Made by a program: the position numbers and the translations under genes
Notes under the pieces: model-generated
Databases searched by the model: none
The model's input: only the letters and a program-made list of their open reading frames with translations
Told to the model about the DNA's origin: nothing
Part shown: positions 58,445-64,000 of the stretch, one piece after another
Layout: each line of letters starts with the position of its first letter
Numbering within the stretch: the stretch's first letter is position 1
NCBI GenBank assembly: GCA_014905635.1
Contig: JABVCE010000014.1
Span: 434,001-498,000 of the forward strand
Direction: 5' to 3'
Source: Scenedesmus sp. PABB004
Lineage: Eukaryota
Length of the DNA stretch: 64,000 nucleotides

Positions 58445-61400
58445 TCAGCGCGCCGCGGCGAGCATCGCCTCCACCGTCGCGACGAGCGTGGCCGCGTCGG
58501 GGCGGCCGCCCGGCGCGGTCGCCCAGCAGGACGCGAGGAGGGCTTGGAAGCTTGCCGGCATGCTCGGCGGGACCGGGGGCCGCCGGTCATGCAGCACCAC
58601 CTCCGAGTAGAACGAGGCGTAGTGCAGGTCCCTGGGGCGGCGGCAGGCGCAGGCGGGCGGCGCGGGCGCAGCAGCGGGCGGGTCGGGTCGGCGCGGCGGG
58701 CGGGCGGGGCGGGCGCGGGCGGGCGGCGCGGCGGGCGCGCGCCCTCTCACCGCCACGCGACCTCGCCCGTGAACAGCTCCCACGCCATGATGCCTGCGGG
58801 CGCCGGGGCGGCGGCGAGGCGGCGAGGCGGCGGGGCGCCGTGAGCTCGTGCGCGGGCGCGCGGGCGCGCGGGCGCGCGCCGCGGCGCTGCCCCCGCCCCT
58901 CTCGTCCCCACCGCCACCCCGCGCGCGTGGACTGACCGAACGCAAAGATGTCGCCCTTGCTGCTGATGCGGCCCTCCGTGAGCAGCTCGGGCGGCGTGTG
59001 GCTCAGCGTGCCTGGCGGCGCGACGCGCGGCGCGGTGCGGCCGCGCGGCGGTCAGCCGCGAGGCGCCCGCGGCGGCGCGTCGCGGCGCGGAGCCGCGGCG
59101 CCGCGGAGCGGCACCTTTGGTCTGTGTCGTGCGGTGCGTCTTGTGCTCTTGCAGGACGCGGGCGAGGCCAAAGTCAGTGATTTTTGCCACGCGGCCGTGC
59201 GGCGCGCGCGCGTCGGAGCAGACCATCACGTTGCGCGAGTCTGCGGCGGGAGGCGGCGGCGGCAGCGGCGCGCGTGAGCGCCCGCCCTGGGGGCCGCCGC
59301 CGCAAGACGACGGCACGCGGCGGCGCGGCGCGGAGCGCGCGCGCGCACGCGGCCTCTCTCGCGCCGCCGCGGCTCACTCAGGTCGGCGTGCACCACGCTG
59401 TGCGCGTGGAGCGCCTGCAGCCCGCGCGCGACGTCGCGCAGCAGCGCGAGCAGCTGCGGCATCAGCGCGGCCGCGGTGGCCGCCCCCGACGGCCCGTCAT
59501 GCGCGGCGCCGAGCTGCGCCCGCAGCGACGGGACGACGCGGCCGAGCGGGCCGCAGTCGCCCAGCTCCATCACCAGGTGGCTCTCGGAGCGCTGGCTGGG
59601 GCCCTCGGTCAGCGCCCAGCTGCTGCCCGGGGTGTCGCACGAGTCGCCCGCGCCGCCGCCGCCGCCGCCGCTGCCCGGCACGGCGCCCGCCTTGGCGGCC
59701 TGTGCCGCGGCGACCGACGACGCGGACGACGGCTGGCGCGGCGATGCGCCCAACGGCTGGCGCGGCGATGCGCCCGACGGCTGCTCGCCGCCCGCGCCGC
59801 CGCTGCTGCCCGCGCCGGCCGTGCCCGGCGCGCCCGCCGGGCCGTGGCGGACCATCGCCGAGTCGGAGCCGCCGCCGGCGGCGCCGCCGCCGGCCGCGGC
59901 GGCCGCCGCGCTGCGCAGCTCGAGGCTGCGCCGCACGCGCGCGCGCCGCGCCGCCCCGGGCGTGCCGGCGAGGGCGCCGCCGGCGCCGGCGCCGGCGTCG
60001 CCCGCGCGCAGCGGCGGCGGCTCGTGGAAGGTGTGGGTGCTACAGACATAGTGGTAGGCCCGGATCAGGTTGGCGTGGCGCAGGGCCATCATGATCTTGA
60101 CCTCCGACTCCACCGCGGGCGTGGCGCTCGCGTCGTGCTCAATCACCTGCACACGGCGCGCCGGGCGGAGGAGGAAGAGCATGCGCCTGGCTCGGCACGC
60201 GCGACCGGCTCGGCGCCACGCACGCCGGGCGGGTTTGCGGCGCGCGCGCGCGCGCGCGCGCACCTTGACCGCGCAGGGCCGGCCGCCCCAGGTCGCCGAC
60301 CAGACGCGCCCGAACGAGCCCTGCCCCAGCAGCTCGCCTGCGGACCGCGGCGGCAGCGGCGGCGGCGGTCGCAGCACGCTGGGCGCGTGCGTCTTGCAGC
60401 GTGCACACTGCCCCTGGCCCGTGAGCCGCGGCGCACCAAACTCAATCTCGGCGTTTGCCGCGTCGGCAAACTCGGGCGCCGTGATCGTCGCCGTCACGGT
60501 CGTCTCGCCGCCACACGGCAGCAGGAGCCCCGGCGCGCCGCCTGGCGCGCCGCCGGCCGGCCGGCCCCCGCTCTCGACGTCGACCAGCTTGCCGCTCGCG
60601 CCGCCCGTGCTGGGCAGGGGCGCCTTGCCATCCTCAGGGTGCTCGTCTCCCGCAGCGGAGCGGCGCCTCCGCCGCCGGCGCACCCACAGCGCGGCGACGG
60701 CGGCCGTCGCGAGCACTGCGGCGGCGGACGCGGCCGCGCGGCGGTGAGCGACGGCGGCGGCGGCGCCCCCGCGCCCGGCGGGGCCCCGCGCGCCGCGCCG
60801 CGCCGCGCCGCGCCGCGCCGCGCCGGCGCGCACCCCCGACCACCACGATCGGCGCAACGATGGCGGCGACCGGCGCGCCGCTGCGCGCGGCGCCGGCGCT
60901 GGGCGGCTGGCTGCGGCCGCCCATCACGCGCTCTATGTGCTCGATGATGCACACCTGCGCCGGCGCGGCGCGGCGCGGCGAGGGCAGCAAGTGAGCCGTG
61001 GCTCGCGGCCGTCTGGCAACCGGCTCGGGCGCGCAAGCGGGGGCGCCGCCGGGCGCCGCCGCGCCTCGGCGCTCTTGATGGCGAGGCAGTCGGGGCTGAG
61101 CGTGTCCTTGCACAGGCGGTGCATGTCGCGCGCCGACTGCGGCGGCGCGACGCGACGCGCGGCGACGCGCGGCTCGCGCGGGGCGCCGCCGCAGCGACGG
61201 AGCGGCGCGCGGCAAGCGCGACGCAGCAAGCGGCGGCGCGGCGCGGCGGGCCGCACCAGCGCGTAGCCGCCCTCGGGGTTGCGGTCCTCCTGCACACTGG
61301 GCGGGATGTCGGTCGTGTAGTCAATTGTTGTCAGCGTGCGGGGAAACACGCGGCCCTGCGGCGCGCGCGCACGCCGCGGCGGCGGCGGTGGGTGGGCCGC

Positions 61401-62530
61401 CGCGCCACGGCGCGCCGCGCCGGCGCCGCCGCGGCCGTGGCGGCGGTGGCGGCAGTGGCGCACCTCGAAAGTGATGTCGCTTATGGTGTACTCCTGGCGT
61501 GCGAGCGGCCGCGGCAGCAGGGGGCTGCGCGGCGTGTTGTCGACGACGAGCCCGCTCTGGGGCGCCTCTGCGCGGCCGCGCGGTGGGGCGCGGCGCCGGG
61601 CGGGGTCAGCCGCGCGCCGCCGCCGCGGGCGCGCGCCGCTGCCGCGCCGCCGCGCCGCCGCCGCCGCACCCGCGCAGACGATGCGCAGGCGGTTGACGTC
61701 CTGCAGCAGCAGGCGGCTGCCGGGCTCGCCGCTGAACGCGTCGACGTTTGCATTGTTGCCCTGGCGCTCGTTGGCGATCGTGATGTTCTTGAATTCAAAC
61801 ACGCACCTGCGCGGGCGGCGGCGGGGCGGCTCAGAGCGGCTGGCGCGGGCGCGGCGGGCGCGGGCGCGGCGGGCGCGGGCGCGGCGGGCGCGGGCGCGGC
61901 GGGCGCGGGCGCGGCGGGCGCGGGCGCGGCGGGCGCGGGCGCGGCGGGCGCGGCGGGCACGCTGCTGAGCTCTCCGCGCGCTGCTGCTGGGCTCGCACGT
62001 CGCGCAGAGCCGGATGACGCCGTGCACAAACTCCAGGTCGAGCACGCTGTCCCGCCCGCGCGCCCCCGTGACCGTCACGTTGCTGCGCGGGCGGCGGCGA
62101 CGGCGGTGGCGGCGGCCCGCGCGTGAGCGCACGGCCGGCACCGCGGGAGCAGCAGCGGCAGCAGCGGCGCCCGCGCGCGCCGCCGGTGCCGACCGCCGGC
62201 CGCGACGCGCTGCGGCGCCCGTTGGAGCTGGCGCGCTGCCCGCCGAGCCGGGTGCCAGCACGGGCGGCCCAGGGCTCGCGCTGCAGCTCGGGGGGCGGGC
62301 TGCTGCCCCGCCTGCTCCACCGCGCACCGCGTGAGGTTGAAGGGCCCTCCGTGAAGGCCCCCGTGCCGGTAGGCGTCAAAATCCGCGCCGACGGCCTGGC
62401 TGTCCACCGTGAGCAGCGCGGCGTCGCTCCGGAGCAGCCCGTCCGCGAACGAGCCCGCCGCCTCGCAGCGCGCCAGGCAGCTCAGCAGCAACAGCAGCAG
62501 CACCGCCGCTGCGGCGGGCGGGGGCTTCAT
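58445..62530 (-). CDS. Receptor-like TKL (Raf/MLK-like) protein kinase: signal peptide, Cys-containing ectodomain, TM helix and kinase domain
   Basis: Signal peptide MKPPPAAAAVLLLLLLSCLARCEA. TM VAAIVAPIVVVG..AVLATAAVAALWV followed by R8. Kinase motifs: LGQGSFGRVW, CAVK, LVME, VVHADLNSRNVMV, KITDFGLAR, GTLSHTPPE, DIFAFGIMAWELFTG, CWATAPGGRP. Confidence 0.88.
61842..61957. repeat. Intronic 15-mer tandem repeat (GGCGCGGGCGCGGCG)n
   Basis: About 7 consecutive copies inside an intron of the receptor-like kinase. Confidence 0.85.
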
Positions 62531-62922
62531 CGGTGCCGCATGTGCGCCGCCGCTGCAGCCGCTGCCGGGCTGGTGCCGCCGCCGCCACCGGGGACGCGTG
62601 GCAGGCGCAGCGCGGCCGGGGTGGGCACGGTGTGAGTGGGCACGGCGTGGGCACGGGCGGGGGTGCGAGACCAAACCCACAGGGTTGTTGGGAGGGTCAC
62701 AAAAGCGACGCTGCGTTGTGCCGCTCGCCCGCGCGCTCGGCCTGCTCGGCCCCTGATGCACACGCCTGATGCACAAAGCACTCCCCTCAGCGCTAGAGGA
62801 CTAGAGGTACAACTCGGCGCTCCGCTCGCTCGCTCGCTCCCTAGTCACAGCGGCCGGCGCGCAGCGCGCGCGGCGCCGGCCGACGCGGCGGCCCGCGCGC
62901 GCCCCCGGCGGCGGCGCCGCCC

Positions 62923-63823
62923 TCACTGCTGCTGCTGCCCCGGGCGCGCCTGCTCGGCCCAGTCGTGCTCGGGCGGGTACCAGCAGCGCGGCTCGACGCC
63001 CGTCGCCGCGTGCACGGCGCGCTCGAGGCCGCGGTAAAAGCCCAGCCCGTCGAGGGGCGCATTCCACCAGCCGCTCACGATCGCATAGTTGCCGTCAAAG
63101 TTGGGCTTGTGGTGCGCGCCGTGCGCGCGGCGGCCGATGAGCACGCCCGCGTCCTGCAGCGCGACGACGCCGGGGTGGAGCTCGCTCTTTTTCATGTGTG
63201 ACCACGCGTGAAACTGCTGGCTCATGCACACGAGGAAGAGGAAGCTCGGCAGGAACGCGTGCAGCCCGAGCGGCAGCCACGGAGAGACGGCGAGTATCGC
63301 GGCCGCGGGCGCGGCGGCGGGCTGGAAGACCTGCGCGGGCCGGCGCGGGGCGCGCTCGGCCGCGGGCGCTCGGCCGCGGGCGCGTGCGCGGCGGGCGCGT
63401 GCGCGGCGGGGCAAGCCAGGCGCCGGCGCGGCGCGGGCGCGGCGCGGCGGCGGCGCGCGCCTGGTGGACGTTGTTGCAGAACTCGCGCTGCGTGATGGTC
63501 CAGGGGCGCTGGTGGTGCCCCTGGAACGCCGCGATCTGGCGACCAAACACGGGCGTCGCGCCGTCGCCGTAGTTGTCAACCGCCCAGTGGTAGATCCCGG
63601 TGCCCTGCGGGGATTGGGCGCGCGCGCGCGGGGGCGTCGGCGCTGCGCGCGCCACGGCCGGCAGGGAGGGGCGTGGCGCGCGGGGGCTCACCAGGTCGGA
63701 GAGCACGTATGCCGCGAGCGCGGCGCCGAGCACCGTGCCCGCGTCGGCGGCGCTGTGCACGCCCGCCGCGGCGCCGCTGAGCGACGCGGCCATGAGCGCC
63801 ATCGTGCCAAACGTCCACGCCCT
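62923..63823 (-). CDS. FAD4: Fatty acid desaturase 4 (PG delta3-trans desaturase, TMEM189/Kua family); 5' exon(s) probably beyond the window end
   Basis: Motifs: YVLSDL|GTGIYHWAVDNYGDGATPVFGRQIAAFQGHHQRPWTITQREFCNN, SQQFHAWSH, LQDAGVLI.R..HGAHH, NYAIVSGWWN, GVEPRCW. Confidence 0.93.
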
Positions 63824-64000
63824 GCGCCGCGGCGGCGGGCGCACGCCCGGGCGGCGCGGCGTCGTCGAGGGGCGCGCACCGCTGCGGCGGCCGCTGCGCC
63901 GCGCTGCAATGCCGCCGCCGCCCGCGCCGCGCTGCGCCGCGCGCGCCCGCCGCGCTGCCCGCGTGCGCCCGCCGCGCTGCGCCGCGCGCGCGCCTGTGCT

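Noticed and set aside
11457..63823. Lipid gene cluster (DGAT1, PGPP1, FAD4)
   Set aside because: The genes are more than 20 kb apart with unrelated genes between them, so chance is sufficient without synteny data.
1..64000. Hundreds of long Ala/Arg/Gly/Pro-rich ORFs in the six-frame track (e.g. 20051-23185 minus, 44224-47106 minus, 3715-6432 minus)
   Set aside because: Stop codons are rare at this GC level. These are antisense or off-frame shadows of real exons and introns and carry no recognisable motifs.

Overview
Eukaryotic nuclear DNA: extremely GC-rich (roughly 80% by eye) and intron-dense, with GT/GC-AG introns and TGTAA poly(A)-type signals. This points to a chlorophyte green alga, probably Sphaeropleales (inference). 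Most long ORFs in the track are GC artefacts, so genes were rebuilt by joining exons by hand and splice boundaries are approximate. About 16 protein-coding genes are present, in order: Aurora-like kinase (5' truncated), GT71/MNN2-like mannosyltransferase, RPS16, PH-domain DGAT1, a large subtilase-like/PA14 protein, SUMO, RPC3/POLR3C, a two-RRM hnRNP F/H-like protein, a MATE transporter, PGP phosphatase, DUF3110, an unknown multi-pass membrane protein, SKA3, MOCS2A/CNX7, a UIM-Ufd2 core-UBC fusion, a receptor-like TKL kinase and FAD4 (5' truncated). The strongest novelty candidate is the gene at 48268-57845: a full Ufd2/UBE4 core that lacks the U-box and ends instead in an intact BIRC6-type E2 domain. 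Other highlights are a probably inactive subtilase (catalytic His replaced by Trp), a ~670 bp inverted duplication of a gene 5' end, a ~150 nt intronic foldback hairpin, an intronic ~125 bp minisatellite and very frequent GC-AG introns. No rRNA, tRNA, CRISPR array or intact transposon was recognised.
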